64,000 nucleotides of DNA from an uncultured Methanolobus sp. (GTDB lineage: Archaea > Halobacteriota > Methanosarcinia > Methanosarcinales > Methanosarcinaceae), in NCBI GenBank assembly GCA_963675495.1, contig OY776215.1, positions 1,664,001-1,728,000 of the forward strand. The letters run 5' to 3'. Below the pieces are notes generated by a model. The model worked only from the letters and a program-made list of their open reading frames with translations. It searched no databases and was not told the DNA's origin. Shown here one piece after another: positions 1-10,178 of the stretch; positions within the stretch are counted from its first letter, which is position 1, and every line of letters begins with the position of its first letter. Both the position numbers and the translations under genes were made by a program.

Positions 1-2
1 TC

Positions 3-1055
3 TACATTCCTTCCACGGCGGAAGAATTATTGATGCTGGGCAGGGAACCAGATAATAAAGAACATTATCCTCTGCTGCTTGAAAATAACAGGTATTTGCT
101 ATGGGGTTTTACCGCTTCTCCTAAAAGCATGACAGATAACGGGAAAGCACTTTTTATCAACACTGTAGCTTATATGAGCGAACTTGGAACGCGATCTGAG
201 AAGCTCACAGGAATACAAAAACCGGCAGTTGAAGAACTTTCTTTTAGAAACCTGGAACTCAATAGAGTGCAGGTGATAGAAAAACCAGCACGTGTAGCCA
301 CCCCAGTCAAGACTGTGGAAAAGAAGACCGGGGATATTTTTGACCTGGGTGATGGATATGTAATGCTCATAAGTGAGGTGAATGCAGCCGGAGAGGTCCA
401 CATACAGGTGGAACAGGATGGAGATGTCATTGAGGAAAAAGTATTGCTGAAGGATGAGTACTATCTGCTGCCCAAAGCCACAGGAGAGAACATACACATC
501 GTGGTAGAGGACATCAATATGGGCACTATGCCAACAGATACACATGCCATAATGCTTGTCGTGCCATATCTGCTTCTGACAGTAGTATCACAGCCATCTG
601 GAGCTGAAATATTCATTGATGGAGAAATGGTGGATTCCAGTCCCAGTGAAGAAATTGTCCTTACGGATTTCGAAGAGCATGAAATACAATTGAAACTTGA
701 GGGATACCGTGTTCATGAGGAGACCATAAGATTCACACCGGGAGAAGAGGCCCAGATAGAGAAAGAAATACTGCTTATCAGTTCCGAGACAGAGGAAAGT
801 GAACTCATAATATCCGAAGAAGAAGAGCTAATTGGAGAGAATTCACAACTCACCAGTTCCGGGATGGAGGAGGAAGAGCAGCTGATCGAGGAAGACAATG
901 ACCGGAAAAAAACAATAGCATCAACTGACATCGAGACTTCTGATGTTGCCAGCGATGCAGAGCCAAAGGAGGTGCCCGGGTTCCTGGCAGCCATCACTGT
1001 TGTGGCCGTGATCTGTGGATACAGCCTCATGAGGAAGAAAAAAAGACAGCTTTAA
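3..1055 (+). CDS. Surface protein with PEGA-like domain and PGF-CTERM sorting signal (5'-truncated by window edge)
   Basis: Frame is open from base 3; PEGA-like segment (VVSQPSGAEIFIDG...LKLEGY), acidic linker, C-terminal VPGF + hydrophobic helix + basic tail (RKKKRQL). Confidence 0.8.
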   Translation, partial: YIPSTAEELLMLGREPDNKEHYPLLLENNRYLLWGFTASPKSMTDNGKALFINTVAYMSELGTRSEKLTGIQKPAVEELSFRNLELNRVQVIEKPARVATPVKTVEKKTGDIFDLGDGYVMLISEVNAAGEVHIQVEQDGDVIEEKVLLKDEYYLLPKATGENIHIVVEDINMGTMPTDTHAIMLVVPYLLLTVVSQPSGAEIFIDGEMVDSSPSEEIVLTDFEEHEIQLKLEGYRVHEETIRFTPGEEAQIEKEILLISSETEESELIISEEEELIGENSQLTSSGMEEEEQLIEEDNDRKKTIASTDIETSDVASDAEPKEVPGFLAAITVVAVICGYSLMRKKKRQL

Positions 1056-1065
1056 CACGATATAT

Positions 1066-2169
1066 ATGTGGGCCAGGAATTTCTTTTGCAAATTTAGAGA
1101 AAATAGTCTTACTTACTCATTTGCAATAGCTCTGAGTGTATTCTCCGTGTATGTACTTATCTCTTCGGAGGTAAGGTTCCTGCATCTGACCTTCCATAAC
1201 CTGCTATCAATATCGGCCCTGAGCCTGTTGATAGGATACCAATTCGCAATAATAGTGTACCTCTTTTCTGGCGTGGAAGGTACCTTTGACCGTATAATAC
1301 CACTTTTTAAGGAAGAGGAGTTCACAGCTTTTCAGAGCCATCTGAAAACATGGCTTGGGGATGCAAGCGTTTTAAACCGTACGATCCTACTGTTAGTAAT
1401 ACCGTTCATGGCGCTGGAAATAATAAGATTCTGGCAATGGAGATATTCAGGTGGCGAGATACCTCTCTACTTTTCCCTTTTTGACCCGGGCAGCACCCTT
1501 GCTTTGCTGCTTGACGTGATAAACCACATCCTTGCATACCTTATGTACAGTATGCTGGCAATTATCGTGTGGTTCATGATCGGTCTTACAGACACCATTG
1601 CCTCACTTGGGAAAAAAAATGGCATTCTAACAGATGTTTTCCATGCTGACGGAATGGGCGGCCTCAAACCAGTACAACATTTCATGCTCATAGCCGTTAG
1701 TAATTATTTCATTATCATTGCTCTTGCGATGATAGCTTTCGTTTCACCCAGGTCCTTGGTGTCATACGAGACAATATTCCTGCTTATATTACTACTACTG
1801 GGAATACGACTATTCTTCATTACGATGAACACCACATGGTCACTGGTAAATAAAGGTGTAGGAACTGAGCTGGATAGAATCGATGACATGTACAGGATGA
1901 ACTACGAAAAACTGCTTGAAATGGGCTCTAAAAAAGAATACGAATGGGAAGAGGAAGAACTCGAAAAGATACAGCTTGTCCTTGATCTGCTGGAGAAGGA
2001 AGAGAAAAAGATAAGAGATGTACACGATAATAATTCGAGCAAAAAAGCCATATATGCTTTTACGGGTTCGTTCCTGATACCCTCAATAACCCTACTGGAA
2101 GACCTGACAGGCATAACAGTAACCGATATGCTGGAAAAGGTAGTGGGACTTATCGGCACCAAAATGTAG
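1066..2169 (+). CDS. Multi-pass membrane protein of unknown function (ends in TAG; possible Pyl read-through to TGA at 2179-2181)
   Basis: 367-aa ORF with several hydrophobic helices, 10 nt after upstream gene. Confidence 0.75.
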   Translation: MWARNFFCKFRENSLTYSFAIALSVFSVYVLISSEVRFLHLTFHNLLSISALSLLIGYQFAIIVYLFSGVEGTFDRIIPLFKEEEFTAFQSHLKTWLGDASVLNRTILLLVIPFMALEIIRFWQWRYSGGEIPLYFSLFDPGSTLALLLDVINHILAYLMYSMLAIIVWFMIGLTDTIASLGKKNGILTDVFHADGMGGLKPVQHFMLIAVSNYFIIIALAMIAFVSPRSLVSYETIFLLILLLLGIRLFFITMNTTWSLVNKGVGTELDRIDDMYRMNYEKLLEMGSKKEYEWEEEELEKIQLVLDLLEKEEKKIRDVHDNNSSKKAIYAFTGSFLIPSITLLEDLTGITVTDMLEKVVGLIGTKM

Positions 2170-2231
2170 ATATTAAAATGAGAAAGGTGCCTCTACGAAA
2201 CGCATTCACAGAATAGTTACAGGTAACCTGA

Positions 2232-2885
2232 ATGAGAAGATATTTCGATCAGCACGCAAACGAATACGATGCCTGGTACGATAAGAACATGGCAATATTC
2301 AATTCGGAACTTTCTGCCATCATAAAAATACTTGCTAGTACGCAGTCGAACCCCAGAGGTATCGAGATAGGTGTGGGAACCGGAAGGTTCGCCAGCAAGT
2401 TGCATCTTGACTATGGATTGGATCCCTCGACTGGAATGCTTCAACTGGCTCGGCAGAGGAATATCAACTGTGTTAAGGCAGTGGCTGAAAAACTACCTTT
2501 CGGAGATGAAACTTTTGATATAGTCATTATGGTCACAGTAGTCTGCTTTTTGGATGATGTGCAGCAAGCTTTCAATGAAGCAACAAGAATACTGAGAGAT
2601 GGTGGTGTGATCGTGCTTGGAATGATCGACCGGAACAGCCATCTTGGAAAAGCCTACGGAGAAAAAGAAAAGAACAAAACTTCTCACAAGACTATGAACT
2701 TCAGGACAGTGGATGAAACGCTTACATTCCTTCATGAAGCAGGAGTCAGTGAGTACGGCATCTGCCAGACACTTTTCAGGCCACTGGAAGAGATTACAGT
2801 TCCAGAGCCAGTAATAGAAGGCCATGGTGAAGGTGGCTTTGTGGTGATAGGAGCACACAAGTACCTGAAGAAAAAAAATGAATAA
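2232..2885 (+). CDS. Class I SAM-dependent methyltransferase
   Basis: IEIGVGTGRF motif I, GLDPS, AEKLPF..TFD. Confidence 0.9.
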   Translation: MRRYFDQHANEYDAWYDKNMAIFNSELSAIIKILASTQSNPRGIEIGVGTGRFASKLHLDYGLDPSTGMLQLARQRNINCVKAVAEKLPFGDETFDIVIMVTVVCFLDDVQQAFNEATRILRDGGVIVLGMIDRNSHLGKAYGEKEKNKTSHKTMNFRTVDETLTFLHEAGVSEYGICQTLFRPLEEITVPEPVIEGHGEGGFVVIGAHKYLKKKNE

Positions 2886-2939
2886 AGAAAATCATAAATA
2901 ATTTAGATACTGAAATGAATATGTGTGCGGGGGAAAGAA

Positions 2940-3674
2940 ATGAAGGAAATTGGCAAAGAGTTCATGGAAAAGACACAGTATAGGTATCTTGACAGGTCAG
3001 ACCAGGCAATGGGGTATCCCCAGCCACCTCTTGAACTGGGAGCAAAGGATAACAACAGGCTCATAGACCTCCCGCAACCAAAAGAGATACATGTAAATGA
3101 TATCGGCCTGAGACAAGCCATAGAGAAGAGAACAAGTATCAGAAATTACAGCTCTGAGCCACTTTTGATCGAAGAACTTTCATACCTGCTCTGGTGCACA
3201 CAGGGAGTCAAGGAAGTTGTCCGTGATGTTGTCACTTTCAGGACAGTCCCCTCAGCAGGAGCAAGACATGCACTGGAAACCTATATTCTTGTAAATAATG
3301 TTCAGGGACTGGAAAAGGGTCTGTACAGGTTCCTTCCAATTGAACACAAACTTGTGGAAATTGACATGGGGAAGGATATCGCAGATAAGATAATGCGGGG
3401 ATGTCTTGATCAGGCATTCGTTAAGACCAGTGCTGTTACATTTGTCTGGACAGCCGTGCCCTACAGGATAGAATGGAGATATGGACAGAGAGGATACAGG
3501 TATCTTCATCTGGATGCGGGACATGCCTGCCAGAACCTCTACCTGAGTGCAGAGTCTGTAGGATGTGGAGTTTGTGCTATTGCGGCATTCATTGACGAGG
3601 AAATAAATCCCGCACTTGGAATTGACGGGGAGAATGAGTTTGTCATATATGTTGCAACTGTGGGTAAAAAATGA
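2940..3674 (+). CDS. SagB/ThcOx-type nitroreductase-family protein
   Basis: RTSIRNY, RTVPSAGARH, YRYLHLDAGHACQNLYL motifs; ATG at 2940 preferred to GTG 2925. Confidence 0.88.
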   Translation: MKEIGKEFMEKTQYRYLDRSDQAMGYPQPPLELGAKDNNRLIDLPQPKEIHVNDIGLRQAIEKRTSIRNYSSEPLLIEELSYLLWCTQGVKEVVRDVVTFRTVPSAGARHALETYILVNNVQGLEKGLYRFLPIEHKLVEIDMGKDIADKIMRGCLDQAFVKTSAVTFVWTAVPYRIEWRYGQRGYRYLHLDAGHACQNLYLSAESVGCGVCAIAAFIDEEINPALGIDGENEFVIYVATVGKK

Positions 3675-3967
3675 CAATATCTGAAAAAGAAAAAGGATTG
3701 GAAGAACTAATGCAGATGCCAGGATTTGGTAGGAAATCGGCTGAACAACTGTGGGAACTTGGGATACATTCGATCGCACAGCTCAAAGGTAAAGACCCAG
3801 AGTTGATGTATCTTAAATTTACTGAATTGAAAGGCAGGCATGTGGACAGATGTGTATTGTATGGTTTCAGGGAAGCTGTTTACTACGCATCTCATAAAAA
3901 CCACGACCCGCAACTACTCAAATGGTGGAACTGGTCCGATAAGAATATGGAAAAAAGAAAGGGATGA
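3671..3967 (+). CDS. Helix-hairpin-helix protein (Cdd1/mitomycin-resistance-like)
   Basis: LMQMPGFGRKSAEQLWELGI HhH, DRCVLY, KWWNW; ATGA overlap with upstream stop. Confidence 0.75.
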   Translation: MTISEKEKGLEELMQMPGFGRKSAEQLWELGIHSIAQLKGKDPELMYLKFTELKGRHVDRCVLYGFREAVYYASHKNHDPQLLKWWNWSDKNMEKRKG

Positions 3968-3970
3968 ACA

Positions 3971-4900
3971 TTAACTCTCATTTTCAACAAGTTCAAGTCC
4001 CAGATAATCTTTAATTACAGTGAAAGCCATAGCTGGCGGGAAAGCTCCTACTTCAGTGATTATCAAGTCGATGTACTCAGCCGGAGTCACATCAAACGCA
4101 GGGTTGCTGACCTTTACATTGGGAAGCTCACTGAGGATCTCAGAATCTATTACTTCATCGCTGGACCTATCCTCAATTTCAACCATCTCACCAAGAAGGG
4201 TTCTGGGACTGAATTTGTATGTTTCTGCAGCAACTATCACGTTCTTACGTGCTTCCTGTGCTGCCATTGCAAGCTGGGAAGTTCCAATCTTGTTTATGAG
4301 TGCACCGTTAACAGAAATGGAATCGGCACCAACCACAACAAGATCCACTTCTTTCATTGTCAGCCTCACAGCTGAGTCCACTATAAGAGTTGTGGGAATG
4401 CCGTAATCGTTCAATTCCCTGATTGTGATGAAACCCTGCCTTCTGGGTCGGGATTCGGTTGCGATGACAGATATGTTCTTGCCCTGGTCAAAAGCTGTTT
4501 TGATAATAGAAATTGCTGCATGGGAATTGCAGTGTGTCATGATGACATCACCATCGTGGATGCGCTGAGCACCTATCTTTCCTATTTTACCCAGTGCTTC
4601 CTCTGCATTTTTGATGAATTTCTCTGCATTTTCCGATATTTCATCAATGGCATCGTAGACATTTGTAGAGCTGTATCTTTTTGTGAGAGCAACAGCATTG
4701 GGAAGGGATACAGCAGTTGGTCGGGTGTCCACAAGTGTCTTTGCTGCCTCTTCGAGCTTAAGATCGAATTCATTTAAAGGAAGGGATTTCAATGACATTG
4801 CATAGTCCCTGAGTGCAGCTGATGCTGCTACTGCAATCCTTCCAGCCCCCCTGATATCCATCGTCCTTATCTTCTCTGCGGTAGTGTACAAATCATCCAT
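3971..4900 (-). CDS. Ribose-1,5-bisphosphate isomerase (eIF-2B-like family)
   Basis: MDIRGAGRIA, TRPTAVSLPNA, THCNS, ESRPRRQG, NKIGT, NPAFDVTP motifs. Confidence 0.9.
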   Translation of the reverse strand: MDDLYTTAEKIRTMDIRGAGRIAVAASAALRDYAMSLKSLPLNEFDLKLEEAAKTLVDTRPTAVSLPNAVALTKRYSSTNVYDAIDEISENAEKFIKNAEEALGKIGKIGAQRIHDGDVIMTHCNSHAAISIIKTAFDQGKNISVIATESRPRRQGFITIRELNDYGIPTTLIVDSAVRLTMKEVDLVVVGADSISVNGALINKIGTSQLAMAAQEARKNVIVAAETYKFSPRTLLGEMVEIEDRSSDEVIDSEILSELPNVKVSNPAFDVTPAEYIDLIITEVGAFPPAMAFTVIKDYLGLELVENES

Positions 4901-5016
4901 AATTATAAGTCGTATTTAAAGAATTTATATTTAGCCAGTCAATTAATATCAAAAAGCATTGACCGGAACAGATAATAAATAATCGGAACATTGGCCTTCT
5001 GGAGAATAGCTGAAAT

Positions 5017-6042
5017 ATGTACCAGCCGGATTTTTACTATAATGACAGAATGGTACGCCTGCTTGCAAGGATACAGGCAGCCAGGGAGATAATTCTCAAT
5101 ACCCACGTACCTCCTGCATGGGAAAGAAGGCTGCAGATCAACAACCTTTTCAGGCTCGCCTATCATGCAACCAGCCTTGATGAGAATGGACTTTCCATAA
5201 GACAGGTGACTAAACTTGTTAATGGACAGGATATATTCGGGGATGAAACGGATAAGAAACAGGTCCTTAATTTTCTGGAAATGAATGAGTATCTTCAGAA
5301 CCTTCAAACCGAGGAAATATCCGAGAACATGATACTCAAACTTCATAAAATTGCTATGAAAGGGATTGTTCCGGAAGATGAGATCGGTCGCTACCGAACA
5401 GCCGCAGTTGAAGGATTTATGGAACCTGAAAGAGTAAGATATTGTATTAGGGACCTGATCGATTGGATCTACAGTGACGAGGCTGCCGAAATGTTGCCAG
5501 CGCTAAAGGCAGGGATAGTTCACTATGAACTTTATCGAATGCATCCTTTTGAAAAAGCCAGCATTACAATTGCCATGAGTATATCTTCCTATATTCTGGG
5601 AAAGAACTTCAAGGAAGCAAAAGAACTGTTCAACATTGAGGAATTCTTCAACCAGAGAAAAAAGGACTATTTTGAGAGCATCGAAGGCAGCAATGGAAAC
5701 GAACCTGATATCAATGAATGGTTGGAGTACTATCTCTACGCTCTTGCATTAAAGGTCTCAAGGGTTGAGAATGCCGTACTTAACATAAACCGTGACCACG
5801 GGAATATAGGAAAATATCTTCAGATAGGATTGAAAGACAGACAGATCAAAGGAATAAAATTTGCACGTGAAATGGGAAAGATCACGAATAAAGAATACCA
5901 AAAACTTTGCGAACTGGGAGTTTCAACATCAAAACGGGATCTTCGGGAACTGGTAAATAAAAATATATTTGTGCAGGTTGGAAAAACCGGACGTGGGACC
6001 TATTATAAACTCAGGCACGACCACCTGGATGAGTTGATCTGA
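5017..6042 (+). CDS. Fic-family protein with C-terminal winged HTH; Fic motif degenerate
   Basis: Fic fold context (GRYR...HYELYRMHPF) and C-terminal ITNKEYQKL...SKRDLRELV...GRGTYY HTH. Confidence 0.8.
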   Translation: MYQPDFYYNDRMVRLLARIQAAREIILNTHVPPAWERRLQINNLFRLAYHATSLDENGLSIRQVTKLVNGQDIFGDETDKKQVLNFLEMNEYLQNLQTEEISENMILKLHKIAMKGIVPEDEIGRYRTAAVEGFMEPERVRYCIRDLIDWIYSDEAAEMLPALKAGIVHYELYRMHPFEKASITIAMSISSYILGKNFKEAKELFNIEEFFNQRKKDYFESIEGSNGNEPDINEWLEYYLYALALKVSRVENAVLNINRDHGNIGKYLQIGLKDRQIKGIKFAREMGKITNKEYQKLCELGVSTSKRDLRELVNKNIFVQVGKTGRGTYYKLRHDHLDELI

Positions 6043-6072
6043 TAAATGGATAAGCAATTGGAAATCAGGGAA

Positions 6073-6480
6073 TTAATCCAGTCCGGAATCCCTGACAATA
6101 TTCGTGTATATCCTGTTCATCAAACCATAGTATCCTGAAAGTTCCTTGTATATCTCCTCTGCCACATCTTCATGGTATGTGTGAGTTGTCATGTTCCTGT
6201 CATCGGTCATGTAAAGAGCCTTCATACTTTCGCCCTCATTTAGGAGATGCATTTTGAAAGCTTCACGAAAGCATGATTTAGGAGAATTGCACACTATACC
6301 CTCTCTTTCAATAAGATACTCCTTGACGAGTTTCCAGATCGCCTCAAAAGTGTACTCAAATCGCTGGATTGCAGCATCCCTGATTATGACGGAGTATGGC
6401 TCATCCATTATCTCCTGCAGAGTATCCAGAGCCCTTTTTGCAACTCTTGCTTTCATTTGCAATTTAGACTGTCTTTCCAT
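6073..6480 (-). CDS. HEPN-fold nucleotidyltransferase substrate-binding protein (HI0074-like toxin)
   Basis: RDAAIQRFEYTFE and RNMTTHTY (RX4H) motifs. Confidence 0.88.
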   Translation of the reverse strand: MERQSKLQMKARVAKRALDTLQEIMDEPYSVIIRDAAIQRFEYTFEAIWKLVKEYLIEREGIVCNSPKSCFREAFKMHLLNEGESMKALYMTDDRNMTTHTYHEDVAEEIYKELSGYYGLMNRIYTNIVRDSGLD

Positions 6481-6779
6481 ACTTCACCCTCATCAAGCAC
6501 TTTTTGTCTGAAATCTTCGGAAACTACGGACAGGTCTACCAAGTCCACTGTATAGGGAATGTTCATTTCCTCTAAGTCTGCTCTTAAGGCAGTTATCTTT
6601 TTTCTATCACACTTGCCAGATGGCAGAATGCCAATATCTATATCTGACGTGTAGTGGGCATTCCCTCTTGCTCTTGAACCAAAAAGAATTATCCTGACAT
6701 CCTCGCCTTTAAAAGCCTGAACAACTGCTGCTTTCACTTTCCGGATGGATGCTTCAAAAACAGATGATGTAGATCTCAT
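6453..6779 (-). CDS. Minimal nucleotidyltransferase (MNT antitoxin)
   Basis: LFGSRARG...SDIDI motif; overlaps its HEPN partner; ATG 6779 avoids overlap with upstream gene. Confidence 0.85.
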   Translation of the reverse strand: MRSTSSVFEASIRKVKAAVVQAFKGEDVRIILFGSRARGNAHYTSDIDIGILPSGKCDRKKITALRADLEEMNIPYTVDLVDLSVVSEDFRQKVLDEGEVWKDSLNCK

Positions 6780-6798
6780 AATGCCCACCATTCCAATA

Positions 6799-7146
6799 TT
6801 AATCAGCTCTGCCTTCAAGCAGAGCTTTTTGTACATGGTTTCGTAGATCATCAAGATTATTCTTGATTATATCCCAGACAATATCCATGTCAACTCCAAA
6901 ATATTCGTGAATTATAATATTCCTTAAGCCTACAATTTTTTTCCACTGAATCTGGGGATACATCTCTCTTATTTCTATCGGAATATTACCTGCTGCTCCA
7001 CCTATCACTTCAAGATTTCGTAAAACTGCATCGATTCTCATTTCATCTGTGGAAAAACTGTCATAGGATAAAGAATCAACATACTTTTTTATTTTATCAA
7101 TGGCAACGAGCATGTCATCTAAAAACACATAATAGTCCTTAGGCAT
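6799..7146 (-). CDS. DUF86/HepT-like HEPN ribonuclease toxin
   Basis: DAVLRNLEVIG, WKKIVGLRNIIIHEYFGVD (RX4HXY). Confidence 0.9.
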   Translation of the reverse strand: MPKDYYVFLDDMLVAIDKIKKYVDSLSYDSFSTDEMRIDAVLRNLEVIGGAAGNIPIEIREMYPQIQWKKIVGLRNIIIHEYFGVDMDIVWDIIKNNLDDLRNHVQKALLEGRAD

Positions 7147-7423
7147 AAACAGCTCCCCTCATAATGTAATTCTTCAATCTGGGTTTAATAGCTGTTTCAA
7201 TTACCAAATCAACATCTCTTCCAAAAAGCTCTTCAAGATAGAATTTTAATTCCATGAAATTATCAAATGTTTTTTTGCCTTCATCAAACTCTACAAGCAC
7301 GTCTACATCGCTCTTATCCAGTGCTTCGCCTCTGGCAAATGAACCAAAAAGACCTATCCTCTTAACACCAAAACGCCCTTTGACAACGTTCTCATGCTGC
7401 TTCAAAAGCTTAAGAGCATCCAT
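7139..7423 (-). CDS. MntA-like minimal nucleotidyltransferase antitoxin
   Basis: GLFGSFARGE...SDVDVLVEF motif; 8-nt overlap with DUF86 gene. Confidence 0.9.
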   Translation of the reverse strand: MDALKLLKQHENVVKGRFGVKRIGLFGSFARGEALDKSDVDVLVEFDEGKKTFDNFMELKFYLEELFGRDVDLVIETAIKPRLKNYIMRGAVYA

Positions 7424-7599
7424 ATTCAATACTGGTCCACAAAGTTTAAATCGTTAACCCCAAAAAAATGAGAATGAGATATCAATCAAGTAAAATACCA
7501 ATTTGCCGGGGTATGATGTAGAAGTATTTTAGAGAAAACAACATACAAGAATATAGAATAATAAAATAGTACCTTTATTCTTGCACAGGAACCACTAAT

Positions 7600-8031
7600 A
7601 TGTCTGGAAGATATCCAATTGCCGATGATCCAATACTCACTCGATGGATGAGACTGGAAATAGGAAAGCTGAACGACGGCATTGTTTCTGAGCGTAAGAG
7701 CCTTGCACAGCTTTTGACAGAAGAAAGGCCAGCTTCAAGGACAAAAGCAGGAAAAGAACACATCTTTGACACAACTGTGCTGTTAGACATCAGCAAAAAA
7801 CTGCCTCCAGAGTATCATGAGAAACTAAAGCTACCGATGATTTTCTTTTCGGACACAAAAGTTCCTGACAGTTGTTATCTCAATGACCCTCAAGCTCTTG
7901 AAGCATTACAAATACTTGGAGAACTCAGCAATATGCGCCGCATGCAGCAGGGAAAACTATGGGTTGGGAAGTCCATTGCTTATACTATCATGAAAAAGCA
8001 CCCTACTGTTGTACAGATTGCTATGAGATAA
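7600..8031 (+). CDS. DUF61-like archaeal conserved protein
   Basis: LNDGIVSERKSLAQLLTEERP...EHIFD pattern resembles DUF61. Confidence 0.65.
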   Translation: MSGRYPIADDPILTRWMRLEIGKLNDGIVSERKSLAQLLTEERPASRTKAGKEHIFDTTVLLDISKKLPPEYHEKLKLPMIFFSDTKVPDSCYLNDPQALEALQILGELSNMRRMQQGKLWVGKSIAYTIMKKHPTVVQIAMR

Positions 8032-8124
8032 TTAAATATTATAGAACAACTCTCACTTTTAAACGCAATCAATAATAGCAAATATGGGACAGTTCAATTA
8101 TATCATTGATTTCGAGGATTTATC

Positions 8125-9492
8125 ATGACCAGCATCTCATCCATTAACCCCGCAACAGGAAAAGCCATCGTTGAAGTAGAAATGCATACTGATGAGCAGG
8201 TAAATCAGATACTCAAGAGGTCTGCTGAGACTTTCAGGGAATGGAAAAGAACTGATGTTTCAGAGCGTAACGAGCTTTTGCGGAACTTTGCAGAGATATT
8301 GCGCAAGAACAAAGATCAATATGGGAAACTCATCACAACAGAGATGGGAAAGGTCATGAAGCAGGCTGTCCCTGAGGTCACTAAGTGTGCAACCATGTTC
8401 GATTATTTTGCAGACAATGCTGAAAAGATGCTTGAGCCTGAGCCTGCGGAAGACAACTCATGCGATTCCATGATACATTACGAACCAATCGGCACCGTGC
8501 TTGCTATCAAACCATGGAACTTCCCATTCTGGCAGGTACTCAGTGCAGCATCCCATGTGCTTGCAGGCGGGAATGTGATGGTACTGAAGCACTCAAGTTA
8601 TGTGCCAATGTGCGCACTGGAAATTGAGAACATATTTTTAGAGGCAGGATTTCCCGAAGGTGTCTTCCAGACGCTTATTGTGGACGGACCCACTGCATCC
8701 TCACTCATTTCAAGGGATGAGATCAAAGCAGTCTCCTTCACCGGAGGATATGATGCCGGCCAAAAGGTTGCAGAGCTTGCCGCTCACAACATGAAGAAGT
8801 TCGTACTGGAACTCGGCGGAAGTGATCCATTCCTTATCCTTGATGATGCCAATGTGGAAATGGCTGCAAAAGTAGGAGTTCCCAGCCGTTTTATCAATAC
8901 AGGACAAACTTGCATAGCAGCCAAACGTTTCATTGTTATGGAAGACGTGGCGGAGGAGTTCACTGAAAAGTTTGTCGAAGGAACACATAATCTGAAAATC
9001 GGTGACCCCATGGACCCTGACACAGACATCGGGCCGATGGTAAGGGAAGAGCAGGTACAAATACTTGAAAAACAGGTTCACGATGCAATATCAAAAGGTG
9101 CAAAAGCACTCATTCCCGGAGGAAGACTGGAAAGTGAGGGTTACATGTATTCACCAACTGTCCTCGGTAATATAAGCATGGACATGAAAGTCATGAGGGA
9201 AGAAACATTCGGACCGGTGGCTCCGATAATCACTGTGAAAGATGAAAAAGAAGCTATTGAACTTGCAAACGATTCAGAGTTCGGTCTGGGTGCCAGTGTA
9301 TGGAGTCAGGACCGTAAAAGAGCTATGAGAATTGCCGCTGAACTTGAAACGGGAATGATAGGAATCAACTCGTTCTGCACACCTCAGGCCTGCCTGCCTT
9401 TTGGCGGAGTTAAAAAAAGCGGTATGGGAAGAGAACTTTCAAAACATGGGTTCCTTGAATTCATGAACATCAAGTCGATAAAGATGATGTGA
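8125..9492 (+). CDS. NAD(P)-dependent aldehyde dehydrogenase (succinate-semialdehyde dehydrogenase-like)
   Basis: PWNFP, LELGGSD, catalytic GQTC, EETFGP, PFGGVKKSG. Confidence 0.9.
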   Translation: MTSISSINPATGKAIVEVEMHTDEQVNQILKRSAETFREWKRTDVSERNELLRNFAEILRKNKDQYGKLITTEMGKVMKQAVPEVTKCATMFDYFADNAEKMLEPEPAEDNSCDSMIHYEPIGTVLAIKPWNFPFWQVLSAASHVLAGGNVMVLKHSSYVPMCALEIENIFLEAGFPEGVFQTLIVDGPTASSLISRDEIKAVSFTGGYDAGQKVAELAAHNMKKFVLELGGSDPFLILDDANVEMAAKVGVPSRFINTGQTCIAAKRFIVMEDVAEEFTEKFVEGTHNLKIGDPMDPDTDIGPMVREEQVQILEKQVHDAISKGAKALIPGGRLESEGYMYSPTVLGNISMDMKVMREETFGPVAPIITVKDEKEAIELANDSEFGLGASVWSQDRKRAMRIAAELETGMIGINSFCTPQACLPFGGVKKSGMGRELSKHGFLEFMNIKSIKMM

Positions 9493-9603
9493 GAGATACT
9501 ATCAGAACCTGAATTATGCTAGTGGACTCATATTTCTTTTTCCATTGTGTAATTTATTAAAATTTGTACACATCAAACCTGAGACTTTCAGGAAATAGTC
9601 TAA

Positions 9604-10017
9604 TTATTTATCCTGCTGCTCACCACAACTGTAGCAACATCCTTTATGCACACAAATTGTGCCACCACATTTAGAACACGTCCACTTTGTTCTCTCATTT
9701 TCTAAAAATGCCGTGATACCAAGTTTTTGAATATTTTCAAGATTTTCGATCATACTCATATTGTATTTAGTTCGGTACCTTTTGTCCAGATGTTTTAGTT
9801 TATCACATGGAAAATCACTGCATTCAAAACAAAATTGTGCATCACTTTTTTTAAAAAAGGTACAGTTTTTGATCTTACATTTTGTACGGGTAACTGGTTT
9901 ATTAAGATTAGATTCCCGGCAACCATGACATTTGTTTTTTTCTCGCAGATATGCCATGCAAATACTACAATTCATCCCGCATGGAGCAATAAGCAATTTT
10001 TCATTAGATTTTGCCAT
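9604..10017 (-). CDS. DUF3795-like cysteine-rich protein
   Basis: IAPCGMNCSIC, C..C, CKIKNC, FCFECSDFPC motifs. Confidence 0.75.
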   Translation of the reverse strand: MAKSNEKLLIAPCGMNCSICMAYLREKNKCHGCRESNLNKPVTRTKCKIKNCTFFKKSDAQFCFECSDFPCDKLKHLDKRYRTKYNMSMIENLENIQKLGITAFLENERTKWTCSKCGGTICVHKGCCYSCGEQQDK

Positions 10018-10178
10018 AGCATATAACATATTATTTTCATTTTTCAAAGCTTTTCCGACAAACAACATTCTTTTTGGAAAAATCTTAAATCAATTATATA
10101 TCACATAAACTATTAAATAGAAGAAGGGAGCGTGAACTCCCATCTTTATTGCAAATAATCAAAGGGGAATTACAATTG

